Notes under the pieces: model-generated
Seen by the model: only the letters and a program-made list of their open reading frames with translations
Database searches by the model: none
What the model was told of the DNA's origin: nothing
DNA from: Chrysomallon squamiferum
Lineage: Eukaryota; Animalia; Mollusca
Reading direction: 5' to 3'
DNA length: 64,000 bases
Assembly (NCBI GenBank): GCA_012295275.1
Contig: CM022676.1
Coordinates: 8,618,001 to 8,682,000 of the forward strand
Made by a program: the position numbers and the translations under genes
In this document: positions 13,399 through 61,365 of the stretch, one piece after another
Layout: each line of letters begins with the position of its first letter
How positions within the stretch are numbered: position 1 is the stretch's first letter

Positions 13399-13486
13399 TT
13401 AACCCTTTCGCTGCTTAAGGTTTTCAGTGTTTGTGTGCTTTCTTTTTTTGTTCTGATAGTAACTGACATAGAACTGAAAGGGTTAA
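13399..13486. mobile_element. Putative miniature piggyBac-like element remnant or hairpin
   Basis: TTAA-CCCTTTC ... GAAAGGG-TTAA termini, 80 bp from CCC to GGG. Confidence 0.45.
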
Positions 13487-16400
13487 GCTTGTTTGTATGT
13501 TTTTGTTTCAGATTTATGTAATGAAAATAAATTTTGAAACTGTTTTTGGGATTAAACAGTAAATGATTGAATTATAAAAAAAAAATAATAATAAATAATA
13601 ATAATAATAAAATAGTCAAACATTTAAAACAGAAAAAACACCACCAACAACAACAGTAAAATAATAAATTCTATGAATTACTGCCAAAATGAACAACAAC
13701 AACAGCAACAACAACACCAAAATGCAACTCCAAGCAAATACAGCATGAACATTTTCGATATTTTTTTATTTTTATTTTTTTTCCCCCTGGCATCTCGTAA
13801 TATTTTTAATCTTTGATAGTGAATATTTAAATATTTTGATACATGTAAGTGTGTTAATTTCTAGCATTATGCAGTGTATATTAATAGATAGAAAAAAATA
13901 ACATTCTATTATATATATATATACTTTTTTTTTTTTTTTTTTTTTTTTTTGTAATTTCACTATAAAAGTATATGGCACTGTGGATATTGTGTTTTTGACT
14001 AGTAAAGTATTTTTTTTTTTTTCATGTATTCGTATATAAATAATGTTTTATGTAATACGTAAATGTAATTCTATAGAACATAAACTGGTCTTACCATATT
14101 TGTCATCATGAATTCTTTGTGATTATTTTAAGTAATAATTTCGGTATTACTAGCAGTGCAAGTAATTTGTCGTTGTTTTGTATTCATATTGAGAGATTCC
14201 ACTACATTTCAGTTTGAAAGAGATCAGCAAATAATAAACAGAATTAAACTGAAAGAAAAGAGAAGAATAATGATTATATTCTCTGAAACTCTTGGTATTT
14301 CTTAGTTACAATTGTCTTGAATAAATTAAAAAAAAATAAAATTAACAAATTTATGACAATAAATTCCAAATAAATAAATAACTAAAGGAATGAATGTTCA
14401 TTTCATTTTGAATAATACTTATATATTTCTTGAAATGAATACATTTTTTTTTTCTGTTTGCTGTGCAAAATAAAATTGCTTATATTTTGATAATTTTGCT
14501 CACGTTTGTAATTATTCTAGACAAAAAGAAAAATCAATTAAAATAATTAATGAAACGAACTGTAAAAGTTATGTAAAATCTGTTGTGTGAATTAAAAATG
14601 AAAGTTACAGTTCTTGAATTTCAAAAAAAAAAAAAAATAATAATAATAAAAAAAAATAATAATATAATAAATGAATAATAGAAATTTAATTCTCTTTTAT
14701 ACCTGAAATAACTTGTCTTTTTAATTAATGATTCATTTTGAAACATTATTTTAAATTAAGATAATGTTTTCTTCAGGTTTGACAATCTTATTAGAAAGAA
14801 AAATAAAAAATAAAGAAAAACAAAAAAAATAACATCCAGCAAATGTTATCCTAAAATAAAACAGGAATAAAATGGATAAATTATTTAATTTTATTCAAAT
14901 AAAACAATTTTTTTTAATCATGTATCAATTTAATCTACTGTTGTTAAATCTGTATTTTAAAATGTACTTTGAAAATATCTTGGTCTTAATTTAAAAATAA
15001 GATTTAAAAAAACAGAAGATTTTTCAGGCCCTGATTTTTTAAAAGTCAGGCTGGTATCTTCATGGGTTAAGCTGTGACGTCATTCATCATAGTAATTTTA
15101 TTTTTTACACAGAATGTCCTAATGTTTGTATTTCAAATAACATTTGTTTTAGATTATATCGTATCATATTTAGTTTTCTTTTGCACATGTAATCACTTAA
15201 CCTTTGTACATTTTATTCTTATAGAATGGTTGTATCTTTAAAGCTTGATGTTAACAGTGGAAAAAAAAATATTTAAAAAAAATACTCTTTTTTGTTTTCT
15301 TTCTAATTTGTATTTTAATTTTTCAAATTTTTCTTCTTTTTTTTTAACATTAGTTTTATGGAAATTTTATAAAATTAAAATGTTTCTGTTTTGTTTCCAG
15401 CCCTTATATGGTGATGCTTTGAAATAGTTGTTAGTGGCCAGTTATTGTTAATAAAATTTCAAATAGAAAAAAAGGTAATAAATTCTGATAATATTGGTTT
15501 AGAAAAGGTCCATAGTAACAAATTTTAAAATTAAAAAAAAATGTTTAAAATTAATAATATTAGAAAAATCTGGTGACCTTGGTCTTACAACTGAAATCAA
15601 ATTTTAAAAATATAATATTGATAAATAAATAAAATAAATAATAACATAAAAGAAAGAAAGAAAGAAAGATCCTAATTAACTATATTTTAAAAATGATTTT
15701 TTTTTTTTTTTTATATCAGAATATATTAACATTGAAGCAACCACCAAAAGGAAGTAGTTTTATTTCTGAATTAAATAAAATAGTTTTGGGTTTTGGTTTT
15801 ATTTAAAAAAATGCTGCTGTGTTATTTTACTATTAACATTTGGTTTTTAATTTTTTAATTTTTAATTTTGTTTTTTCAAATTCAATTTTATACACACTTA
15901 ACCTAAAGTTATACACATTATAAATTTAATTTTTTTAATTTTCTTTTTTTTGTCCTGTCTGATAAAGATTTGTAAGAATGTTAAATGTTTTGTCACTAGT
16001 GCAGCCATTTTTTGACAAATCATGTATCTAGGAGATACTTGTGTTTAGAATTCACAAACTGAACCCATTTAGTAGAATGTTTCTCCCAAACCTTCTCACT
16101 CCAAATCTCTCAAAATACAGCAACACTGTTCTAGATTTGGAACGGTGTAAAAACAATCTTGGCACCAATGTTATGATGACGTTGAAATTCAGGACTGTAG
16201 ACAACATGATTGTGAATGAAAACTATTGGTTTAAATGAGAGAAGATTAAGGATTTGTGAAATAAAAAATGTTATATGGGTACAATATCTTTGTGAAAGAA
16301 AACAGAAAGGTTTAGGTTATATGGGCACAGTATTACTTGTAAAGAAAATATTTAGTAGTTATGGTCACAATATTTTTGTGAGAAAATGGAAGTTTATTTG

Positions 16401-16668
16401 GAAGGAAAATAAAATCAAAAAACGATTTGAAAAATAAAGTTGTGTTAGAACTTTTTAAAAAATACTTAAAATGAATTCTTAAATTTTTAATGAAAATTTT
16501 TTTTTTGAATTAATGTTAGACATTTTTCTCCAATTTTGGATGATTTTTTTATTTTTAAATGTAAGACATTTTTCTATGAAGTACGTAATTTATTTATTGA
16601 AACAAATGAAGATATTGGGAAATTCAGACATTAATATTAGAACATTTTTGAAATCAGTTTCATCTCTG

Positions 16669-16708
<40 letters not shown>

Positions 16709-17266
16709 CATAATTCATGTGGTGATGGTAATTTTTAAAATATCTATGGTGTATCAACGTAGGCCGAAAAGAAAATGGTTAAAGTGTTCCATGAGTGAAG
16801 ATCTCCATGTCTGTAAGGAGGAAAATACAAAGAACAAAATCATCCTCAAATATAACCAGATTGCACTAAATGGGTTCAACAAGATTGACAGTCCAGACAA
16901 CAATCTCCTAATTAAACAGGCCAGGAGAATAAAATGGTGGTTTGAACATTCCACAAGTACTGCTAATACTAATATTAGCCAATCAGAGCGCATCATTTTG
17001 TCATGTGATAATAGGAGCTTTACCAATGAAAACAGATTGTGATGAGACAGAGTTGTGTTGGGCGTTTTGATTGGCTGAGAACAGCCAGTGATGTCTGGAC
17101 TGTTGGTCTTGTCTTCATGTTTGTTTAAACATCATATATGATATTAATTAACAAGTAATATAGCTGATCTGTCAGTCAGATACACTGAGATACGTCATTT
17201 TGTGTGTGTATGTATAGCTAGCTATACAGCTTATGTAGAACTCTTCTTTTTTTTTTTTTTTTGTCT

Positions 17267-17272
17267 AATAAA
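17267..17272 (+). promoter_or_regulatory. Candidate distal APP polyadenylation signal
   Basis: AATAAA after a T-tract, followed about 25 nt later by GT-rich ctgttgtttgtgg. AATAAA is common in this DNA, so the support is weak. Confidence 0.3.
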
Positions 17273-18365
17273 CACATTTACACAAGTTTCATCTCTGTTG
17301 TTTGTGGAAGAAATGAGAACAGAAACAAAAACAACCATCATCAGAAAGGATAAGAACTAGACAATTGTTGTTACAGCTGTCAGAAATTTTTTCTTAAATA
17401 TAAAATCTTAAGACTTTGAAGTTTGTTTCTTGATATAAAAGTATCATGTTCATATTTTAGCTCAAGGGAACAAGAGTAAATAGTTTAAACCAGGTTATTA
17501 AACTGCAATCATTTAATGGTATTTTTTTGATCAAAACAATTGGCACACATTGTTTGTAAAGTTAAAATGTATTATATAGATAAACAGTTTAAGCTTTGGA
17601 TACTTCAGTCCTGTACAGAATCTCTTAAAACTATGACTTAATTCTGCAATAGTAATGCAATCATTTAGTGGTATCCTTTTGACCAAAAAAAACCTTGCCC
17701 AAAGTGTTTATAGGGTTACAATATATTATGTATATATTTTAATGTTTGGATACTTCAGCTTTGTAATATCTCTTAAACCTGGAATTTCTTTTGCCATGAA
17801 CTATGTTATCTGTACTGAATCTCTTAAACTATGAGTTAATTCTGCCAAGAACTGTTTTAATCTAGTATTCATTGACAGGGTACATTAATAACATACCATT
17901 ATTGATTTTAAAAATTTCTTTATTATTAATAGAAAGCACTTGACATGGATTTTTTCATGCTTTGTGATGATCATAAAAAAGGTTTAGACTTTAATCACAC
18001 GCATTTTTGTTTTTTCATGATTTATACACATATACATTACCTGATAGTATTTCGAGGACTGTCAAACGTAGAAGAAGAAATAAAATAATATAGCATATAC
18101 CCATATGAAAATATTTAAAAAAAAAAAAAATAATAGTATACACCACATGAAAATATTTAAATAAATTGTTAAATCAAGGCCAATCATATCAACAAAAAAA
18201 TAAAAATAAAAATAAAATAAAAATAAAATAATAATAATAAAAAAAAAAAAATAAAAAAAGAAGATGAATATATTTAAATAAGCTGTTTATTTGAAGTATA
18301 TACTTCGAAAAAAAAATAAAAAAATAAATAAAATAAAATAAAAAAAAAAAAATCGATATATCCAT

Positions 18366-18433
<68 letters not shown>

Positions 18434-18837
18434 AAATATTTATGTATAATTGAAAATATTTAAATAAACAGATAATTGGAGGTATAACAAAAACCCACAT
18501 GAAAATAGTTAATTAAACAAATCAAATATCACATTCAGAAGCCAAAAAAAAAAAAAAAGGGTGTGCACAACATATTAAAATGTTTAAAAGAAAAAGAAAA
18601 AAAAAAGCGTATTATGGTTTCAGTTATTTTTTTTTTTTGTCTGTTGATAACACTGATTTGTGTGACTTAATGAGAGGTGAACTCAGTTTAAAACAAAATC
18701 AAGAACAGATAATTATCATCAACAGTTTATCTAAATATGATTATATTGATTATTTGACAAAAAAAGAAGAAGAAAAAATGTAAATAAATAAATAAAAATA
18801 AAAATAAAAATAAAAATAAAAATAAAAATAAAAATAA

Positions 18838-18868
<31 letters not shown>

Positions 18869-19323
18869 TTAAAACAAATACCAAAAAACAAAAACAGAAA
18901 AAAAAACCTATTAAATAAAACTCTAAATAAATAAAAATTGTATATATAACCCCACCAAAAAACCCACTTAAATTATACTCTTTTTGGTTAAAAGAATAAA
19001 TATCTTGCATATGAACCTATTTAAATTTCTCCAGCCCACCTAATTATCTGTTTTGATCTCATACCATACAAATTATTATCAAATACAAGAAAATAAAAAA
19101 ATTTATATATGTATTATTACACTTAATAATAAAAAGATAGAAAATTAAAAATCTTGCACCAATAGGTTTACATGTTTTTTTTTGTTGTTTTTTTCACCTT
19201 TCACTGGGTTACACAGAATATACAATAAAAATAATCACAAAAATATAAATATATACTTAAATAACAATGAAAGACAAAACATAGCACAAAGAAGATATAG
19301 TAATCAAACAGAATACAAGCCAA

Positions 19324-19373
<50 letters not shown>

Positions 19374-19667
19374 AAATCCAATTTACAATCAAAACACTAG
19401 ACAATGAAACTAAATAAAAAATTAAACTGAAATCTGATTTGCATGAATGATTTAAAGCAAAACTGATGAAGGCAAGAAGAATGAATGAATGATCCAGATT
19501 TTAATATCTTTGTCACTCCTTTCACAGATTAATTAAACTGAATATAACTGAAGAATAAATATGTATCAAGGAAATCAACCAAACTTCAAACCAAAATGCA
19601 TATCAGACTAAATAAAAAGATACAAGTGAAATCTGTTTTACATAGGCTGAACTAATTAATGATGGTC

Positions 19668-19700
<33 letters not shown>

Positions 19701-20945
19701 TGTGGATGTTATATTCATGAGAGAATGGATCACAGAATGTTACATTAATTATATTGAATGAAATCCTAAGAAACATATTTATTAAATAAATCAAAACACA
19801 TTGTTAATTCGTATGGCAATCAAACAAAATATAAACTGGAATCAAATTTGTGGACGATTTAATGGCAAAATGTTGGCATCAATATATATATATATATACA
19901 CACACATACATATAGATGTAGACATAGATATTTGTATGTGTGATAGGTCTTAGAATAAAAATTTATTAAATAAATCAAATTAAATATCAAACTGAATATA
20001 AAATTAAACTGAAACTGATTTATATGGATGTTTTGAGGGAATCAATAATGAATGAATGCAGTTGTTTTATATATAAATAAAACACTAGTCATTAGTTTCA
20101 CATTACTTACATACAAAACACACACACACACAAAGAGTCATTTACAAAATATTCATGGTGTTACAAATTTTAAATTCTATAAAAATATAGAACTAATCTG
20201 CAGTGATTCTCAATCTTCAGGTTTTATAAAAATCTAAATATCTATACAAATGCTCATCTTCTCTACATTTCTGATTATACTTCTATCTGACTTAATCTAT
20301 GGGATACTGAACTTCGAGTTTACAAAATGAGTAAAAAGAATAATTTGTTTACATGTCTGCTACATACATTTGTTCCAGGGACTGTCAGTTTGCTATATGT
20401 TCATTGTCATACAGAGACACAGTTTGAAAATTCTACAAAACCATTTTTGGTAACATCACTAATCATATTACTTTTATTTTTATGTGTTTAATGTGAATGT
20501 ACCTGAGTCTGTGTGCATGCATGCATGTGTTGATGTGCACTGATATGTGTTTGTGTGTATGCTTATGCATGTGTACCTGTGTGTGTCTGGTGTGTGCACA
20601 TTGGTCTGAGATAAACATACTTTATTTCTAATATACAAATGTGTTACGATTTGTTTAAATTAAAATAACAGACAGACACACTAACAGACAGATCCAATCA
20701 TGCTGATGAATAAAATACAAAATCTATCTATCTATAATAATATTTTTTAAATTTTTGTACCAATGATATGATGCTAAACATTAAATTTTTAATAGTTTTT
20801 TAAGTGTTATTTTCTATATTAGTGTAAAATAACAAAAAAATATATATTTTGATGTGAGGATAATTTCAGCAGTCTTGAAACTGGCCATTTTATTATATAA
20901 TATGACACCTGAATTAAGTATAGTTTGTACTGATTCTCATTCATA

Positions 20946-21016
<71 letters not shown>

Positions 21017-21193
21017 ACCTCATTTTCTCTAACACCTTATTTCATTAATCAGTTTAATATTAACATTTAATTTGTTCAGCATGTAATTATGACAATTAAT
21101 ACTGTTTATGAATAGTTTAAAACAACAGCAGTTACAGTAGGTTTATTTTGTTAACTATTTATGATTTAACTTACCTGTAAATTTCTGATACAA

Positions 21194-21224
<31 letters not shown>

Positions 21225-21229
21225 TATAT

Positions 21230-21265
<36 letters not shown>

Positions 21266-22439
21266 ATCTAAAATTTATATATACATGAAAATAAAACCCC
21301 GAAAAATACAGTGTGTATAGTACTGTATTAAAGTAATATAAACGTTATAGATTGTTTTTTCTTTTTCTTCTGTTCTTGTCATTTGATTGTTTTGATAATA
21401 ATATATATATATATATATATGTATATATATGTATGTATTTTATAATACTGATTTTAATGAATACCCAGTTTCATTTAACAATACACTGATTCAACAAAAA
21501 GCTGACAAGATTGAAACAGCATTTAAAATAGTAGTAACAAACATTACATATACATACATCGTTTCATCTTACAGTTCAGTGTTTCAATAATAAAAAACAC
21601 AGTTAAAACAGGTATTATTTTGAGTTAGCAGTAATAATGACTAAAAGCTTATACATTATTTATTAAAGGATACTGTTTCAATTAAAAACAATGAAGATAA
21701 ATATTATTTTAAATTAACATTAACAAATATGAATATTTATACACCGTTTCATTTTACAATACATTGTTTCATATATTGCTCATTAGCTGGTTACTTTATT
21801 TTAAATATGATTACAATGTTTTAAGATGTTATTATTGTTATTAATACATTTTTATTCACTTGTTCATATATATATATATACATATATATTGAATTGTAAA
21901 ATGTGCTGTATTTATTAATATACATATATATATATGTTTCAGTTAGTATCATTTGTTAAATATTTGAAAACTTTCTTATTTTAATACATAATAATAAGCA
22001 CAATATATTTATAAGCTGAATAGCAGTAATAGTGAAGCAAAAAAAGAGTATATATTTATGTGTTTTTTTGTTCTTTTTTAAATGATTAATTTTTGTTATT
22101 TACATAATTATCAATAAAGCACTTTTTTTAAGCAGAATTTATAGATTATATAATTTTTGGTATATAAAAATTCAAACAGGTAAAAATGAAAACGAAATAA
22201 ATAAAAAATAGAATTATCAAACATGTTTAAATATTTTTGATTTTTTAACACTATATTATTTGTTATTTTTTTGCACTTTTTAAATACTGATAATAAATAA
22301 TATATGTTCACTGTTTCTTATTATTTCTAAAATTAATATTGGTATTTTGTGCATGATAATGAACCCTGAACCAGTGCAATTTTGAAAACGTCTGCTAAAT
22401 ATAAAATCCTGCAATACAGCAATTTTAAACTTTAAGCAA

Positions 22440-22517
<78 letters not shown>

Positions 22518-22677
22518 CTTGAATATTCATTTTAATTTTTTTTTTCTCATCACATTTAATTACACTTCCAAATAATTCAAATTCTTCTTTCTTCTTCCTT
22601 CTTCTTTTGTTTTTGATCGTTCTAAATTACTACTTGAACAGTTTTATATTTTCAGTAAATATTTGTTTTAACCACAT

Positions 22678-56679
<34,002 letters not shown>

Positions 56680-56910
56680 TTGTTTGTTAGTTGCAAATGT
56701 AATTTCCGCATTTTTGTGCGAGCATCGATCGTTGTTTACTATAACAACAAAACACCGAGAAAACTATGCTTGTTCAAATTCAAAGCAGATATGTGCTTTA
56801 AATATGTATATTAGTACATTTAATTCAAAAGAAAAAAAATGGTTGAAATGTGACGTATGAAAAAAAAGTCATATTTCATTCATGCTATAAATACCTCTTA
56901 AAGTAGCACG

Positions 56911-56962
<52 letters not shown>

Positions 56963-57103
56963 GAAAGTGCTAAATTGGAAGATCATACAATTACTTATTT
57001 TGATAATTAAAATTATTATTGCTACATAGTCATTACTTCATTTGTAAATACTATAATGTGGCCTTGAAAGATTTGATTTTTCTGCTGGAGTGTCGTTAAA
57101 CAA

Positions 57104-57145
<42 letters not shown>

Positions 57146-57359
57146 CGCGTGTTTTCTTGTCTGTATTTTTTTTTTTTTTTTTTTTTTTTTTCTTCTTCTG
57201 AACAGAGTATTATTTGTCGTTTCTGTTAGATATTAATAAATTTGTTATAAACATATTTTAGCTATCAGACGAAACATGTCCAGCATTCTATAATAATACT
57301 GAATTACGTCATCAGAATGTATAACATAATTAAATTGTTATTTAATTACTTCTTTATTT

Positions 57360-57390
<31 letters not shown>

Positions 57391-57491
57391 TTATTATTAT
57401 TATTATTATTATATTTATTATTATTATTATTATTACTGTTGTTGTTGTGAATGATTTATGGTTTGATAGTTTCCAAGAGATGCCTTTGTCA

Positions 57492-57802
57492 TGACGTCAT
57501 TCAAGAGGGCCTACCAACAGAGTAGATCTAATATCCACATTAAGAATTATTCACCTCCCTTCTTGAAAAACTGACGAGTTTTAATTATGAATTAACCGAC
57601 ATAATGACAAAGTAAAAATTATATTTAGAATTATTTCAGTATACAATTAAAAAATATTAATAAAACTAAGTTTTAATGAATATATTATGATAAATATAAT
57701 AAAAATAATGAATGTCTATGAATGATGTAATAAAGTGCTGATTTAGTCAAATATTATTTTATTTTTTCTTCTCATCATTATATTCTTTTTCTCTTCTTCG
57801 TT

Positions 57803-57870
<68 letters not shown>

Positions 57871-58231
57871 CCAGCAAGCACATTTATCTGGCTCAAAGGT
57901 GGTTCAGATAAATGTGGTAGTGGTTTTAGCTTTTCTTCTAAGAGAAGCCATTCGCATGACGTCATTCTGAATGTCATCTTTTAACTGAGTAACCTAAAAG
58001 CCGACGTTGCGTATCTTTTTCTTTTCCCACCACTTAAAGAAAAATCAATGATGACAAAGCTAAAAAAAAAAAAAATAATAAAAAAAATAAATAAATATTT
58101 CACTGAAACAGTACTGAAACATAAATTGTTTATAAATAACTAAAAAAGGAAGAGGGTTCTGATGCAAAAATATTTAACTTTGTATACATGACGTCATATA
58201 GAAACTACAGACTGCGTTAAGCTAATTAATA

Positions 58232-58278
<47 letters not shown>

Positions 58279-58622
58279 TGTTGTTGTTGTTGTTTGTCGT
58301 TGATATTTTTGCTAATGTTGTTATTTATTTTTTAAACTTGTTAAAACGTAGTAGCATAAGGTAGTTTCTGTATGATGTCATTTTTATGACGTCACACAAT
58401 AAGGGTAAGACGCATTTTATCTAAAGCATCAGATACATTTTTCATCGTATATCGAAGGAAGACAAAAAAGAAGAAGTAACAGAGAAAAAAGGTGAGATAT
58501 GTTCTATATTTATAAATAAATCAAACCACGTTTAAGTTTTAACTGTGTTTTGAAATATTATCTCAACAACAAAATCTTTAATTAAAATGGCAAACTATTT
58601 TAACGTCTGTTCGATGACGTCA
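57492..58622. promoter_or_regulatory. Cluster of CRE (TGACGTCA) palindromes upstream of the ABCC gene
   Basis: Perfect sites at 57492, 57957, 58189, 58387 and 58615; variants at 57304, 58373 and 58831. Confidence 0.6.
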
Positions 58623-58794
58623 CATCATAATCATATGTGATGTAACAGATTTTTTTGTTTTTCTTTCATCTATGCCTTCAGGACTACGAAACTGGCCATC
58701 AATGAATACACAAGGTAACTGACTTTATTTATCAATATTTTAATATATTAATGAAACTGACTGTATAAATATTGTGTGCGATTACGTTTCGATA

Positions 58795-58865
58795 TCTGGT
58801 ACAGGACGCCATTTTATCTTTCCAGGACCTTGACGTCTGCCGGAATTGGAATATGGCGGAAGTTA
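58795..58865. promoter_or_regulatory. CpG-rich promoter-like patch with YY1- and ETS-like motifs
   Basis: gacGCCATTTT, cCGGAAt and aatATGGCGGAAGT within 70 bp of otherwise CpG-poor DNA. Confidence 0.45.
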
Positions 58866-59588
58866 AATTAATTACTTTTATTATTATTATTATTTACATC
58901 CTTCGGGTGATTATAAGAAGGTAGGACTCATATTTGTTTTAGTATTTTCTTTTAAGAAAACACTAAAGTTCCAAATATATTTATATAAAATATACCATAC
59001 CATAACATCATTAAATATTTTGGAAATTAATTCAGGTAACAAAATAGGTGAATAAAATTTAAATATTACACACATATCTTGTGATAGTAGTGAACAATTT
59101 ATGACGAAATTAATTTTAATTTTATGTTAGATGTGATAGGTTGAAAATTAGCTTAATATCCTGAGTTTTATAATCATAAAATTATAATAAAATAACATGC
59201 CCCGTAAAAATAAGAAATAATAATGACCCTAATATCTGATACCCTCAAAGACAATAATCAGTATATTTTTTAAATTATCACAATTCATTTGTATTTGCTC
59301 ATATATTTCTGTAAGTTGGAATGTGTGTGCATGTGTGTGTGTGCAATATTGGTATTTTATAAATTGTTTATTAAGTAATTCATTTTTTATTGATGAATAC
59401 ATTTATTAATTATCTATTTCTTATTTTTAAGTAAATTTTAAAATATAGAAGAAAAGGAACAAACAATAAAAATTAAATAAAAAAAATAAAAATAATAATA
59501 TTCCTAATACTACTACTAATAATAAAAATTGTAAAATAACAATAATAATACATATAATAATAATATCAATAACAATAACAATAATAAC

Positions 59589-59621
<33 letters not shown>

Positions 59622-59888
59622 CAAAATAAAAAAAAAAATAAATAAAAACAAAAAACATCATTAAAAAATCCTCTGAAAAGGTGCATTTTAAAGAAATTAC
59701 TAAGGAAATATATAACAGAAACAAATGTTTGTGGAATAATTTATTGTATAAAAATGATATTGCACTGTTTACGCCCAATTAGGTACGATTACTGACAGAT
59801 CAATAGCTACAACAGATTTGTAAAATATAAGCCATAATCATAAACTGTAGAAATGATGTGATTCAAAAACCACTGGATATGACACCAC

Positions 59889-59950
<62 letters not shown>

Positions 59951-60244
59951 AAAATTGTATTTTTATAAAAAGAAGGTTATATAATTCAGCAAAATAAAAA
60001 ATAAATATGCAAAAACTGATTATGAAAAAAATATTTCATAAATTTATATTTTAGTTTTCAGTGTCTTAAAGATGTTTTCTTACTTTTAATAGTAATTTGT
60101 TGTTCTTTCACATCAAAGTCTTTACAGTTCAGCAAACAGTAAAAAACCTTCTTAAGCAGTTTTGAAAATGGGTATAATCTGAGATTTGAATGTTTTCAGC
60201 ATAGCTTTTGAATCACATTAGAAAAGGTAACAACCATAAGCATG

Positions 60245-60284
<40 letters not shown>

Positions 60285-61266
60285 TAAGAAGAAGAAGAAA
60301 AGAAAACAGAAGAATTAAAAATTAATTTTATAAAATTGGTCTGTATTAAAAAATAAAATGTTTAGATTACAAATTTTATGTTTAAATGGAATGTCTGTAT
60401 GTTGGATTATAAAAAAAAAATATGAAGAATAACAATAATAACACTACTAATAAGAAGAATTTACATTTAAATGGAATGTCAGTATGAAGTATTTGAAAAA
60501 ATAATAACAATGACAAGAAGAAGAAGAAGAATTAATAAAGCTGCTTTCATTATGTCATGTATTAACAATTCTAAATAAAAATTTCCATAATTAGCAAATG
60601 ACATGACATGGCATATTCTGGCCTGATTTTGATATTAAAACATTTCTTATGAAAAAGCCAAACAACATAAATATAATTACTAGAAAATTAAATAAATAAT
60701 TACAAATGAGGTCTATATTAAGAATAATAACAATTATTTTCAGTACAAATACCATTTTAAAATTAACTACAGATATTTAATTGATACAGTTAAACTAGTA
60801 ATACTAGATGAATTATTATATGTAAGTTCAGTTTTAATTTAAACATTTGTACATTTTCATAAATTTATTTAAAATTATGGAGAAAAAAAGCAAATGTACA
60901 AAATGGAAAGTAAATAGGTTTGAAAAGATATCTAAAATGTAACTAAAAAAAATAAAAATACACAGATTATGTATGATAGTATATGTATCAGTAAGGAGAT
61001 ATATAATAACTTAAAAAATCAACTAAATTGATTACTAAGTGAATTAATTAATAAATAAATAAATACAGTATGTATGACAGATATGTACAAATGAAAGTGT
61101 AAATAATGATGAATACAAAGAAAAGAAAAAACATGATAGAAAAAGACTGTAATATATAAATAAATAAATAAATAAACATTAAATGAAGATTCTAATCAAA
61201 ATAAATTAAAAAAGATACAGATGTTACTGTTTTTAAATTAATTTTTAAGATATTAATACCTGCCCT

Positions 61267-61304
<38 letters not shown>

Positions 61305-61325
61305 AATAAAAAATAAAACAAATAA

Positions 61326-61365
<40 letters not shown>

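Noticed and set aside
16719-17042. 107-aa and 90-aa overlapping ORFs
   Set aside because: No recognisable domain or splice context; the region is better explained as UTR or structured sequence.
57440-58060. Possible C/D-box snoRNAs (TGATGA/CTGA-like words)
   Set aside because: The boxes are not in a convincing order or spacing with terminal stems, and there is no host-intron context.
60129-60226. Exon-like segment (tttacag ... aag|gtaac) on the + strand
   Set aside because: It has stops in all three frames, so at most it is a non-coding exon, and there is no support for that.
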